A DNA stretch of 64,000 bases, taken from the NCBI GenBank assembly GCA_964106915.2, contig OZ066918.1. One strand, 5' to 3'. The stretch comes from Podarcis gaigeae (lineage: Eukaryota). Below the pieces are notes generated by a model, which worked only from the letters and a program-made list of their open reading frames with translations, searched no databases and was not told where the DNA came from. A program made the translations under genes and the position numbers. Below, piece by piece: positions 27,901 through 40,650 of the stretch; positions within the stretch are counted from its first letter, which is position 1; each line of letters begins with the position of its first letter.

Positions 27901-30900
27901 TTGCAAGTGCCTGTTAAGCAGATAAAGACACAATGGAGCCAAGAGACGGATGGTCCTTTAATAAAGCAAAGGCACTGGCACATGCATGTGTGCTGCTACA
28001 TAAAGAATGAAGCAGCCATTCTATTATTTCAGAAAAGGGACTGTCTTAATGCAAGTTCTGTCTTAGCTTTTTAATGCTTTGACTATTCCTAACACCATGG
28101 ACTGACAGATGCTGGAAGAAAACAGGAAGAAATGGAAAATGCTGTTTTAATAGCTCCAATGCTATTAAAATTTTTGTATGTGGTTTCTATGACAGAAAGC
28201 CCATTACACAACACTGGATAGGCTATTTGTTTGACCCAGCATGGCTGTTTTAATGCTCACCTGAAGCATTCACTCTGCCCCCAGGAAGAGGTTTGCCTTA
28301 GCAATATCTTCAGAAAGAGGTGCTGATGCTTTTGGCAGCCATTATTCCAGAGGAGGTGAAACCGTTGCTGGAAGCCTTTGATCATGTACAGCATTAGTAT
28401 GAGTGTTACACATCAGAGACACTGCCACAGTAACTAACATACAAACAGAAGCTTAGTGCTAACAAATGAGACTTCTTGCTTGCTTAGCATCTTTGTGGCT
28501 CAAAGTGATTTTCTCATTGAACAATACCGGAGACAGTGGAAGGTGTTAGGGAATTAAGCTAGGCTGACACAAGGAATCCTGAAGTTTCAGCTTTGTGTAA
28601 CTGATTAGCAGGTATAAAAAACTTGTAGAAAAGTTTTCTTCATGGACTTTAATATGTAATGCTAAAAAACCTCATATTTTGTGGCCAAAAAAAACTTAAT
28701 TTGCTATGAGATTATTATAAAATCTAAATAATATTAAATTGCACTCCTCCCCCCAATACTATTTGGGGGAGCATAAAGATTCCTAAACAATCTGGAATTG
28801 TGTGTTGCAAGTTGGTGTTAGGGAGCTCAGCAAGTTCTGAGCTTAAAAAGGTGGAGAAAAAGGTATGCAACTGCAAGAGAGTATTAAAAAATACATTGAG
28901 GAAGAACTATGAGCTGTACTGAGGGCAGAAGGCTCACTTTGTGACTGATGGATGCTCTGTGTATGAAAAATGGAAAGTACATGCATCAAGTACTGGCAAT
29001 GGTAGTTTTTTTTGGGGGGTCCAAACTTTTGGTGTGGAAGCTAAATCCAAACATGACAGAAGCCTTATTTTGGTGTTCAGTCATCTCACATGTAAGCAAA
29101 GTGGGGCCAACCGTTGAAATCAAACCATGAAGTCAAACAAAATGGGATCTGTAGTCACTGCAAGTCAGCTCATCAGTGGCAGCTGCAAGCCCCACTTCCA
29201 GCAGGGACTGGTTGCACTCATGAGACCCTGTGTAGAACCAATCCCAGAAGCGGATTTGACACCCATTTTAAAAGGCACCAAATAAAAGCCCCCTACCAAT
29301 GCAGCTGTGTCTTTTTACCTGCCTTACACCTGACATGTGACATCAAGTGTGGGGTAAGTGGACATGGATTGGGGGAAATTGCCTCCAGAGGTGTCTCACC
29401 ACTGCTGTAATCCATTGGACGTGTGGCTGTCTTTCAACAATGTTCACTGAGACAGAGTGTGTGCCTATTAACAGATACTGACTGCCAGGGATTTTATTAT
29501 TTCAGAGTTAAAACATGTAGACTGGATTTCAGTTTGCTTCCAAGGTTTTGTTTGTTTGTTTTTACCAGAGAAGTGAGTAGTTTGCTTCCAAGTTAAATGC
29601 AAAATACTGGGTTATGTTTTGTTTTCCTTTTAAAGCCTTAAACAGGCTAAGGCCAGGGTATCTAAGAGCAGCCCTGCTGGATCAGACAAGGGGATGAGCT
29701 GCTTTTTCTTGCTCAATTCACCTTCACCTTGGCAAGATTAGTACTTAAAGTGGAGCTAATCAATTCTTGGTAAACACACCTTGTTCCTGTAGAACTATGA
29801 TCTTAAGGTTTTTGGCAGCTGATTTTCTGTAAGGTAGTAATAATAGAAGGAAAAGGTGCTTTGGAAACATGAGTGCCATATTTCCAAAGAAGGCATACAA
29901 AACACTGGTTGACCTCTGTGTCAAGATTCAGAGAGCACAGCTGGATTGCTGACTGCTAAAAGGTTTAAAGATCTTTCTATAAGGATGTACATTGTATTTA
30001 ATTTATAGCTGAACATTTACATTTCATCATGTTCAGAATCAAGAAAAGTCCAACCTGGATCTTTCTTAGTTCAGGCACATGCTCATCTTTATATCCACAT
30101 GCTCACATTTACATCCATCCTTGCTATCATGATTTCCTGGTGGTTTTTACATTAGGAAACATAATATAATCCTCTGAATGTCTACTCAGGAGTAAATCCC
30201 ATTTTGTTCTGTGGAGCTTATTCCCAAGTAAACGGGCAAAGGCCTATAGTCTGAATCTTACTACATTCTCTTTTGTTATCGTTATCCAAAACATGCTTTC
30301 CATTTAGAGCCAAATACCTTTATGCTTCTAATGAGGAGTCAAAAGCACTCGTATAGAGGTCACATTTTTTACACTTTCATACATCTCCCACTTCCTTGCT
30401 AGACAAAAATGAAACACAGAGCTGGGTATGAGTAGACACTGTTAGGTACAGAATTGAACAGGGAGTAAATATGGTTGGGTATCCAGCCCCAACGAGGATA
30501 AGCAACTGGTAGTTTAGTTCTTTGTTGGCAAAACACTCAACTACATCAGCTCCTAAGGTGCAAGGGATATACACAGCACTCCTACTAATTAGCTAGCTAG
30601 GTACCTACTTCTTCAGACTTGTACTCTGGCCCAGACAGTTGGAGCAACCATGCCCCTTCCAGCTCACTTAAGCCCCCTCACACAAGCAACTGGCGACTTC
30701 ACCTACACAGCAGCTCCAGCTGCTCCTATCACTTTAAGCCCCTCCTTGTCCTTGGAGACAGCGGGGGAGGGACAGAGGAGCCCCCTGCCGCTGCCTGCCC
30801 GCCCGGACTCTTCCTCTTCCTCCAACCCCAGCTCCTATCTCACAGGTGGAACAGAACCCCACAAATTGCTGGCCTCTTTCCCTGCCCCATCCTCCTACCC

Positions 30901-32543
30901 CCGTGCCTTCTCTGCCCACCCCTTGGGACTCCTGCTTGTCCCTGACATTGGGGAATTCTTTATCTGATTATACAAAACCTCTGCTGAGGACAAATGTGCT
31001 CTTCCATCCCTCCAAACATGGGTTGTGCCAAGCTGCTATTTCATTTCGAAAACTAAGAATATTATACAACTACAGGTTCACCTACTAACCTGCTTGCTCT
31101 AGGCCCTAACTACTCATTCTAGCTTTCCTATATCTGTCAGTTATGTCTAATTATAGGGCAGGTAGCAGCAAGAAGGACGGCCAGAGGTGCATGAAACTGG
31201 GTAAGGTTATTTCCAAAAATGCCACACCCACAACCAGCAAATGTAGATCATTCTTTGTTTATTCTGAAAAGGGTCTGTACTTTCAGTCTGTGCTTTCTTA
31301 ACAGCCGGAGCACTAACTGAGAAGCTATACAGGGCTCTTCAATACATTCCCACATGGACAAATCCTAAAAAGCCATTATCTGGAGCAAATATTCAGAGGC
31401 CACAGGCAATAGTACAAGACCCAGAACAATGGACTAGATCCTTTGAGTGTCTATCCTAAATCATTAGTGTGCTGGGAAAGCGAATCCATTTCTCAGAAAA
31501 CAAGCTGACAGGGACTTCCTACAGCTCTTTGACATGTTCTAAAAGTGTATCAGGCTCATACGCCTTAAGAATTTATTTATTTTTTTAAAAAGTTCATACC
31601 CAGCCCAATTGTGACACCTACAGGAGCAAAGAACTGAAGGGTTCTTAGGAAAGAAATGCATCTTGAAAAATGTGAGGGGGCAGAAATGGCCACACATCTA
31701 AACTTCCTGTCCTTTTCTTAACTAGTTGTAGATTATATACACAAAGCTACAGCCTTTGAAAGTATTTCAAGATGAGAAAGAGTCCTAACCTAACTGTATC
31801 TTGTGAGATACAGAAGCCATGCAGAGTTCCATCCTTCATAGGCATGGATTTCACTCAGTTGTTTCAAATAGTTCCTCTATTTCCTGCCCCCACTAGCTCA
31901 TTCTAGAGGATGTACGCAGTTATGATGGCAGGATTTTAGGAAGGGTGAAACATACACAGTGTACAAAGGGGCCGGGAGAAGTGCTGTCATTTCTAGGAAT
32001 TCATGTTCTGGATATCTTAAGAAAAAAACTCTTATATCAAAAGTGTGTTACATTTTCATGTTAAGGGAAGAGGAATTCTATGCCTCTCTGCTCAAAAACC
32101 AGGCCTCTTCACAAGAGCGCCCTAGGCGAAGATTATTTTGCAAGATTCCCATTTCTGCAGTTTTGATTTTCCTTTTGAGTTTTTCAAGGCTTCAAGTATT
32201 GTAACCTTATCTTCTAGGCTGCATTGTGCTGTTCAGAAACAGTAACTACAAGAGGTAGCTGCATTGCAGTGGTAAGAGAGGGAATTAGAGGATGCAGAGT
32301 TTGTAAAATGTTCTGGGATTCTGGGAGAGAAAATTGCTGTTTACACAGAAGAGAGTATTAGAGACTGCCATTACTTTTTGGCTTTAAATTCTCTTTCCTA
32401 AACACTTCAAAAGAAACTGCAGCAGAATGCAAGGGCCTCCTTGGCCTAAAAATAATATAGCAAAATGAAGTGAAGAAATGTTCTTTTGGGAAGAAGGAAG
32501 GAGTGACTGCAGCAAGATGGAAAGAAGATGAGAGGGCTCTTAC

Positions 32544-32682
32544 TTGTAACCAAGGCCCATGTGCTGCATATGGATGCTCCTCTGTAGCAAAGGCCCCTTC
32601 AACTCCTGTTGACACAAAAGTGATTGCTGTATCTCCCGTAATACTTTTGTATGTAAAGTGCCGTCCATGTAATAGTCTGCCC
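32544..32682 (-). CDS. SUFU: SUFU coding exon 10 (139 nt)
   Basis: GRLLHGRHFTYKSITGDTAITFVSTGVEGAFATEEHPYAAHGPWLQ; acceptor ctcttccAG, donor GTaaga. Confidence 0.97.
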
Positions 32683-33330
32683 CTGGAAGAGTAAATATAA
32701 ACACTCATAAATGTGATTTCTAAATCCACAGTATCTTCTCCATGTGACACACTGCTATATCATAAGCACTAAACTACTCAGGTCTCACAGCAAGTAAGCA
32801 CATTACTCTAAATTCACAGATAATAAAAAAGTAAGGCATAAGTGGGTGAACATAACATGACCACAGTAACCTATGATTAAGGCCCTTGCTGACTATTTTG
32901 GCCCTGGGTAAAAAAGAAGACGACGACTTAGATTTGACCTGTGTTTCAGTTTCAATACTGATGAGCATAGTGCAGCCTCATGGTTTCACACCACAGGGAA
33001 TTAGCTTCTACACTACTGAGTGTGTTATAAGGGAGCTCAAGTGAAAGCAATTCCATACCAAAACTCCACTTTCGATAACCACACTCGATTGTACTCTTCC
33101 TCACTAACTGCAATACACAATCTTTCATAAATCAGTCAAATCAGCTGACAATTACTTAGGATTCTATCGATACAGGGCTGTATATTGGACTAGATTATGA
33201 TAAAAGCAGTGCCTTGTGTACCAGTGCATTATTATTAGCATGTACATTCACAAGTGAATGTTACATGGACAAAATGCCTTGTTAAATGGCAACAGTGTGC
33301 TTGAAGTGACAGCAGCAAGAGGGTGGTAGT

Positions 33331-33496
33331 TCACAGAAAGCTGTAGCTCACATAATTATAGAGTTGGAATCGACACCGAGGAGCATCTCATCCAATGCCT
33401 TGCAATGCAAGAATATGCAGCAATACCATACGGGGTTCGAACCTGCAACCTTGGAGTTATCAGCACCACGCTCTAACCAACTGAGCGAACCAGGCT
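33331..33496 (-). mobile_element. tRNA-Ile-headed SINE with CR1-like tail
   Basis: Minus strand agcctggttcgctcagttggttagagcgtggtgctGATaactccaaggttgcaggttcgaaccccgtatgg aligns to eukaryotic tRNA-Ile, then ctgcatattcttgcattgca...ttccaactctataattatgtga. Confidence 0.85.
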
Positions 33497-33506
33497 CACT
33501 ACTCAC

Positions 33507-33641
33507 CTTAAACAAAGTGGAATCAATGCTCCTGATTCCTGGTTGAATTTCAGGTGCACACTCTCAAGCTGTCTTGTGCGAATCAACTCATGAGGAATAA
33601 TTGTTGCCGAGCTTTCACTTTCTAGGCTGTCCTTCCGACTC
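33507..33641 (-). CDS. SUFU: SUFU coding exon 9 (135 nt)
   Basis: SRKDSLESESSATIIPHELIRTRQLESVHLKFNQESGALIPLCL(R); contains the SRKDS GSK3/PKA phospho-motif; acceptor tttttcttAG, donor GTgagt. Confidence 0.97.
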
Positions 33642-33905
33642 CTAAGAAAAAGAAAAACATAGGCGTGAATTTAGAGCCCAAGACCAATACCCTGCTTTAC
33701 ATCACTTTGTAAAGAAGATTTTTATTAATGGCAAAGGCAGACAGCTGTGCCCTGGAAAATGGACAACACACTTTTCCAACAGAGAGGAGCATGGCTGTAT
33801 GCAACCATCCTCAGCAAATGTACACTATGTTCTACCCTCCAAATTAATATTCTAGTGTATCACATGCAATTTTGATCCAGTAATTCTGGCTCACAGGCAG
33901 CTTAT

Positions 33906-33911
<6 letters not shown>

Positions 33912-33992
<81 letters not shown>
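33912..33992. repeat. Compound microsatellite (TC)n(AAAT)n
   Basis: Seen directly. Abuts a minus-strand LINE-tail fragment (33993-34055, ttttatttataccccgccc...ctcagggtggctaaca). Confidence 0.93.
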
Positions 33993-33995
<3 letters not shown>

Positions 33996-35627
33996 TTTAT
34001 TTATACCCCGCCCTTCCTGGTTCAGAAAACCGGGCTCAGGGTGGCTAACAACATATTTAAAACACTTAATTGATGCAACAAAAAACAGCATAAAATACAA
34101 TATAAAATGTGAATAACAATAAATTCAGAATTCAAAAATCAATTTAGGGGGGAAATCCACCCAAAAATCCATCTTCATGTGTTCCAAAGTGGTAACAGTA
34201 AGCATGGGGGTGCAGTAGGGTAAAGTGTGCTAGGTCCACCACTATTGCCTTCAAACCTATGAAAGAATTCCAATACACACAGGAAGCCACTACAGATACA
34301 AAAGCCTTCCGACTGCAGACAGACATTCTCCTTTCCCAAGGCAGAAGGCAAAAAAATAGAGAGAGGAGGGGTGAGGGATGAAATGAACACACTTGTAAAT
34401 ATTCATAATATTGCCTTTTCACAGTTAAAGACCCACAGACATATTTTCCAGAGGATTTTTCACTGCGCAGCCTAGCCAGATCCTATCACGGATGGCCTAT
34501 TTTTACAGGAATCTTATAAGGCACTGTGACTATCCTCTTCAACGTAGAAACAACCTTTCTGCCAATTTTATTATCATAGTGAGCTAGAATCAGTGTGAGA
34601 AGTTACTGATGCCTCTAAGACATCTAAGTGTCTGTTAACACTTAGTATTGATTCAAATATACATTCACACACAATGGTACCTGAAGACTTGAAACGACTT
34701 CCTAAGTGGTACTCAACTAGTCTGGTTGCCTTAGAAGCAAAGTTTCAAACACTGTTATATGGAATTTTAAAGAGATCAGGTCAGTTCTTACAGTGCTGCT
34801 TGATTTACATACGGGAATTAGTGAAGGTGTATATCAGGAGCACGGTCTGAAGGCAGTGTGAGGTCCAAACACAAGGTCAGAATGAGAAGCAAGATCTGAA
34901 GGCAGTCTCAAGTCCAAAAATCAGGGTGGTGGTGAGACGTCCTAGCAAACAGTTTGGTAATCAGGGGATATTTAAGTCTAGGAGCTGGTGCACACATTGT
35001 TCCAGGACTCTGTCTAGAACTGAAGGCTTTTAAGCCTCAAGTCTTCAGAGCCCCGACTTGTGAAGAGTGGCTTATTCTCAAATATCTCTTTGCTCAAGTG
35101 GATACTTTATTCCTTAGGCAAGTACCTGCAGCTGGAGATTAACCAATTCTGCATCATTAGATACCTGCACTCCTGAGGACTAGGTGGCCACTTGGCATCT
35201 GTCTCTAACACAAAGATGGGGTTACCTGTCCTGAGGGCACAGAATCAACAGATCTCCTTCAAGAGCCATTGCCAAAGACTGCACCATTGTGATTTTAGCT
35301 TCAGGAACTCCATGTAAGCCCTCAAAAAGGATTCCTCCAGGAGGGACATGACATTGGATCACTTCTCAGTTAGCCGGTTGTTCACATGCAATAAATATCC
35401 ATAGATAACTGCCTTCAGGTTATACAACCCTGACAAACCTGGTCAGGACTCTTTGCAAAAGTTTGGATTTGGAAAACTTTGTCAACCCTTCCTCAACATT
35501 TCCTGCCAGTTTCCCCAGTGAGGCACAAATCCAGTTGAAAGAATCACACCTAAGCCAGTAAAAGTTTTATTAATGCCAACCTCTCTATAAGATACTAGCC
35601 ATTCTTTAATAGACGGAAGGCATAAAG

Positions 35628-35762
35628 AAAGGATGGGGAAACTACGGTTCTCTGGATATTGCTGGACTCTAGCTCCTAACATTCCTAGTTATTGGCCACC
35701 CTGGTTGGGGCCAATAGAGGAGCCCAACAACATTTGAAGGGCCACTGGTTCCCTACGCTGAC
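35628..35762. mobile_element. Decayed hAT-type palindromic MITE
   Basis: ggatggggaact...gatattgctggact...aacaacatttgaagggccactggttccc; same architecture as 1255-1395. Confidence 0.6.
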
Positions 35763-36961
35763 TTAGATGACTATAATCTAAGGGTGAAAAAAGGGAATAA
35801 ATCTCTCCATGCAAATAGTGAAGAAAGATGTGAACAAAACCTTTTGTGATTTCATCTAAGGCAAGCATGGGGAATACTTTTCAACAAAGGGTGACAGATT
35901 CCTGTGGGCAACCTTCCAGGGTGTTCATGCCAGTCATGCATACAGCCAGATCCAAAAGCAAGTAGAACAATGGATGTGACTCTTACCTTTCTTATAACAG
36001 GCTATATCCCAGCTATGTACAACTCAGAGATTTCTGCACATCTCCACTCTGACAACCAATAGAAATGGCAAGGACACATTCCTCCGAGGGTACAGAGCAG
36101 GGCTGGTGAGAAATATGGATGGGGAGAGAGGCCAGAGATTCCCCACCCAATTTAATGAACCCTGGCAAGAAGTGCAGAGGAGGATGTCTTCCATGACTCA
36201 CTGATTTATTCCAGCCCACCATTTCAGAACTGTTGCCATGTGGGTCATAGAACATTCAGGTTGATACAGCTGGAACCTCTGGAGAAAATATATTTCACTC
36301 CCCGCCAAATGCTTTCAAACTAGATAGGATACGGAACCGCACTGATGTATAGCTGGGTCTTTGTTTTTTGTTTTTTAAAAACCCAACCATAGCATGGAGC
36401 AGACTCTTGAATAATGAGTTTGGCAGTTTATCATTTTGTTCTAAAATAACTGAACAGCCAATTGACCACTAAGTTAAGCTTTCTTGATCTATAATGTACA
36501 TTTAGCAAAATTATCCTGCTACCCACACATTCTATTTATCTGACACTAACTCCTAAAAGAATGATATAGTCACCAGAAAAATATCAAATTTTGGCTGTGA
36601 GTCGTGGAAGACTTGCTCCCTGCCTTACTAGCCTGTTCCACCTGGCTTGGGAGGGCAGAGCCCTGACTGACTCCAGCTACAAAAGCTGAGGCTGCTGAAT
36701 AGACTCTTGGGTTGGGGTATTGTTTAGGAGGGATTGTTGGGGGTTTTTTTTTGGTGCTGTTATATTATTTTTTGTATGTTTATGTTTACATCTTATTTAC
36801 ATCTTATTCATGCAGAAATTGTTCAATAATGGTTGTGTACTTTTGATATGCTTTATTCGTTGTTTTTGACTACTTTCTATATGTTTGTAATTATGTAGAT
36901 CTTTTCACGTGTAAGCCGTCTTGAACATGGTTTTAAGAATGGAAAGACGGCATACAAATTA

Positions 36962-37114
36962 CCATATTTTTCCGTGTATAAGACTAGGGTTTTTTTAACC
37001 AGAAAATTAGGTTTAAAATTGGGGCTTGTCTTATACACACGTAGTGCTAAAGAGTGTTTTCTTAATGTGGAGTCTCTCAAAATAGGGGGTGTCCTATACA
37101 CGGAAAAAATACAG
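36962..37114. mobile_element. Tc1/mariner-superfamily MITE
   Basis: TA-ccatatttttccgtgtataagac ... gtcctatacacggaaaaaatacag-TA; inserted in the tail of an L2-like 3' end (gtaagccgtcttga...ggaaagacggcatacaaat). Confidence 0.85.
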
Positions 37115-37984
37115 TAAATGGTGATGGAGAAATTTTTCATCCATAAGTTGCAAGCTAAGAAAACAGTTGCAAACCTTATGGACACTGGAATCAAACTGTC
37201 TTTACTCTGTAGTTATAATAAAAAATGAGATTAAGTATTCATCGTAATGCTAAAAAAAGGGCAGAATTCATGCTTTTACTCTGATGCTCCAACTGTGACA
37301 ATATATTTGGCTCTAGTGTTGAAGCAGTAATAATGGCAGCTGTGTGTTTCTCCAGACAGCAATTTACAAGTAAATTTACAAGTTTTGGGGATTAGGCTCA
37401 CATTATGTTTTTGTATGAGGTCCACTGCTGAGCGAACCCTAAACCACAGGAGTTCTAGGGCATAATGGAAATAACTGAATCCACTTAGATTTACTTAGCC
37501 GTGCTTCTGTTTACAAAAACCCCAGATAGAACTGTTCTTACTGTAGATTGTGCTCTAGTGTTAACTTGCCCACATGAATTGTACTTCAGTGCCAACTTCT
37601 CCATCGCCAAGCCCTAATCACAAGATCAGGTTCATTCATCTTACTGAGAAGGGGGTTGCTATTGACCAGAGCACCAAACTACACATGAAACAACAGTGAC
37701 CAGAATGCAAATGCCATGTTGTCCAAATGCAGTGTTATGCATCCAGAACCGCTGTAGCTGGGTCCACAGAACGTCATAGATCAATAGAATATTCCGTACT
37801 ATTGCATAAAGGTGTCTCTGCAGTTTCAGAAGCCCGTATCTTTTTCTGGCAAGAGTGTAGCTGCACCACTATCAACAGCATATGTTGTGTATCTGATCAC
37901 AGGTTACATTATAGTTACATATTCCAGCGTTCATTCTGGACTGATACAGAATAGGCTGTTAGCATAACAAGGGATATTTATGCA

Positions 37985-38638
37985 CCATATTTTTTGCTCT
38001 ATAAGACACACTTTCCCCCTCCTAAAAAGTAAGGGGAAATGGGTGTGTGTGTGTTATGCAGCGAATGCAGGCGGGAGGCTCTGCTCAGCGCTCCCTTTAA
38101 AGAGCCACACGCACACTCTGCGTGCTCTTTAAAGGGAGCGCGGCTCTTGGGGGAGCTGGCTGTCTTGGTTTATTTAGCTGTGCGCAGCCTCTCCCGGCCA
38201 GAGAGGCTGTGCGCAGTTAAATAAGCCAGGACAGCAAGCAGGATCCCACTGGCTGTTCTAGCTTCTGGCTTAGCCATGGCATAAAGTCTCCGCAAGGGAG
38301 TGGGGAGCCTTCATCCCGCTGCCCTGTGGAGGCTTTGCGCAGCTATCCCTGGCTTTTGCGGGAGGTGGGAGAAGGGACAGAGCATGCGGCTCTTGCGGGA
38401 GGAAAGCCAATAGGCTTGCTTTTGCTGAAGCCAGGAGGGCAAGAGGGATCGGTGCGCACCGATCCCGCTTGCTCTCCTGGCTTCAGGGGTAGCCCCGCAA
38501 AGCCTCCTGAGTGAAGATGGAGGAGCGTTCCCTCTTAGCTCCGGATGCTTTGCGTTCCTTTCTTATTTCTTGTTTTCCTCCCCTAAAAACTAGGTGCATC
38601 CAATTGTCTGGTGCATCTAATAGAGCGAAAAAATACAG
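37985..38638. mobile_element. Tc1/mariner-superfamily non-autonomous element with GC-rich hairpin interior
   Basis: TIRs ccatattttttgctctataagac / tctaatagagcgaaaaaatacag-TA; related to the ends of 36962-37114. Confidence 0.8.
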
Positions 38639-39953
38639 TACTTTTCTTTCTCAGAAAAACGAACAGAACAGATTTAAAAGTCCATGAACCCTCCACATGC
38701 CTTTTGCTGCTGCAATTTCCTCCTTAAAGCCCTGCCTGCTCCAGTATTCCAGAAGTCTGTTCCCCTAACCTGAACCGTGCCTCATTTCCTGGCTTGACCA
38801 CATCCTGATGAGCTTCTTCTCAAAACATGACAATATATTTAGTCCCTGGAATAAGCTCCCTGTAACCCATATGTGATTGAGATTTGCTGGTTCTAACTCT
38901 TAAACCAAGAGATTTTCTTTACAGAGTGACTCCGGAAGCGTAGAATTCCCCATATAATTTTTCTCCTAAGTGAAGGCCCTTCTCTTTGCCTTGCCAACCT
39001 TTGAATGGGAGGGTACTGGAAGGGCCACCCACACATTAGATGTTCAATAACCTACACACTAAGCTGAAAACCAAGTATGCAGGAGATTTTCACATTCTTC
39101 AAGAATGAATGAAAATCCATGTCTGGCCTTTGCAAAAGAAGGCAATCTAGATAGGGGGGTGTGGGAGAGAATCAGTGTGGGAGAGGAAGAACCCAATAAT
39201 TCATTACTGAACTCTCTTTTATCTAAAAATTATAGCTTTAAAAATGACAATTAAGCATGCCTTTTGTTTCAATTACTTGTATTTTTGTGACCACCCATCT
39301 TGGCCTCTCCCTGCTCCTTCCCAAAAGCGTTAGTAAAAGGTGGCACAAGTTTTCTTTTTTTGCAGTAACTAGCACATAAACATATTGTAAACATCTCCAC
39401 CAGACTGAATGCTTCACCCAACCAACACAAATAATTCATGATCCTCGGTTTGCATCCAGAAAGAAATGAAACAAAAAACTGACAAAAGCCAAGGCTGCTG
39501 TGTTAGGAGAGGGAGAGCATTTGAATGAGAGCAGTGTGCCGGAAATGCCCCAGTTTGAAGACTGCATATCTAGCATTTTATGGAACTGGAGGGGAATCTG
39601 AGATTAAAGCTCATTCCCTAGTGATTGAAGGATTGTGGGAGGTGTAAGTGTGGGCAGTTGTCAGATTAATTCTTTAGATGATTAAATTTCTTTTTGTTTC
39701 TTTAAAGCTGTTTGTAGTCATGTTTGAAGTCTCTTCATTCTGAGCGAGTGTAATGCTGCAGTTACCAAGGTGACTTTTGCTGACTTTCAACTATTTCTTC
39801 CTCCATCTTCTGTTCTTACCAACAGCCTGAATTGGTTTTTAAATCTTGTGAACTGAGATGAACAACAGTGCTGTTAGCTGCAGCCACATTAGACTTTGGC
39901 ACTGGGCTTGTGCAGCAGTTGGCTAAACTGGTAACTTGCCGCAAAACCACATA

Positions 39954-40650
39954 CAGTGGTGCCTCGCAAGACGAAATTAATTCGTTCCGCAAGTTTTTCG
40001 TCTTGCGAAGCACGGTTTCCCATAGGAATGCATTGAAAATCAATCAATGCGTTCCTATGGAAACCGCCTTCAGACCAGGTCCGGGGACAGTCTGTCCCCC
40101 AACCTCTTCTGAAGGCGGGGGGGGGGGGCAAGGGCTTTTCTTCCCACCCCCAGCATTTTAAAAAACCCCGGGACAGCAGAGGACTTCTCCGCTGTCCCAG
40201 GGCGATTTAAAAGCCCCCGGGAAGGCAGGCAGGGGGGACAAAGACTTTTGCCCCCCGCCAGCCTTCAGAAGAGGTCCTGGACCTCTTCTGAATGCCAGCG
40301 GGGAGCGAAAGTCTTTGCTCCCCCCCCCGCCTGCCTTCAAAAGCCGTCCGGGATAGCGGGAACCACTTCCCTGCTATCCCAGACTGCTTTTAAAATGCTG
40401 GCGGTGGGGAGCAAAGCCTTTCGGCCCCCGCCGGCCTTCCTGGACCTCTTCTGAAGGCTGGAGGGGGGGAAAGGCTTTGCTCCCCACCGCCAGCATTTAA
40501 AAGAGGTCCCCGGAGATTTCCCTATGGGCTTTCTTCTTGCGAAGCAAGCCCATAGGGAAATTCGTCTTGCGAAGCAACTCGCTAACAGAAAACCCTTTCG
40601 TCTTGCGGGTTTTCCGTCTTGCGAGGCATTCGTCTTGCGGGGCACCACTG
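39954..40650. mobile_element. Tc1/mariner (pogo/Tigger-like) MITE, young
   Basis: TA TSD on both sides; TIR cagtggtgcctcgcaagacgaa / ttcgtcttgcggggcaccactg; repeated subterminal ttcgtcttgcg; CpG-rich interior. Confidence 0.92.

Noticed and set aside
30326-30358. Hammerhead-like ctaatga-ggagtcaaaagcactc-gtat
   Set aside because: Both core strands are mutated (CTAATGA, GTAT), there is no convincing helix I or III, and there is no PLE context.
33420-33496. Functional tRNA-Ile(GAT) gene
   Set aside because: The acceptor stem is broken, the anticodon stem has a mismatch, there is no poly-T terminator, and it continues into a retroposon tail. It is a SINE head.
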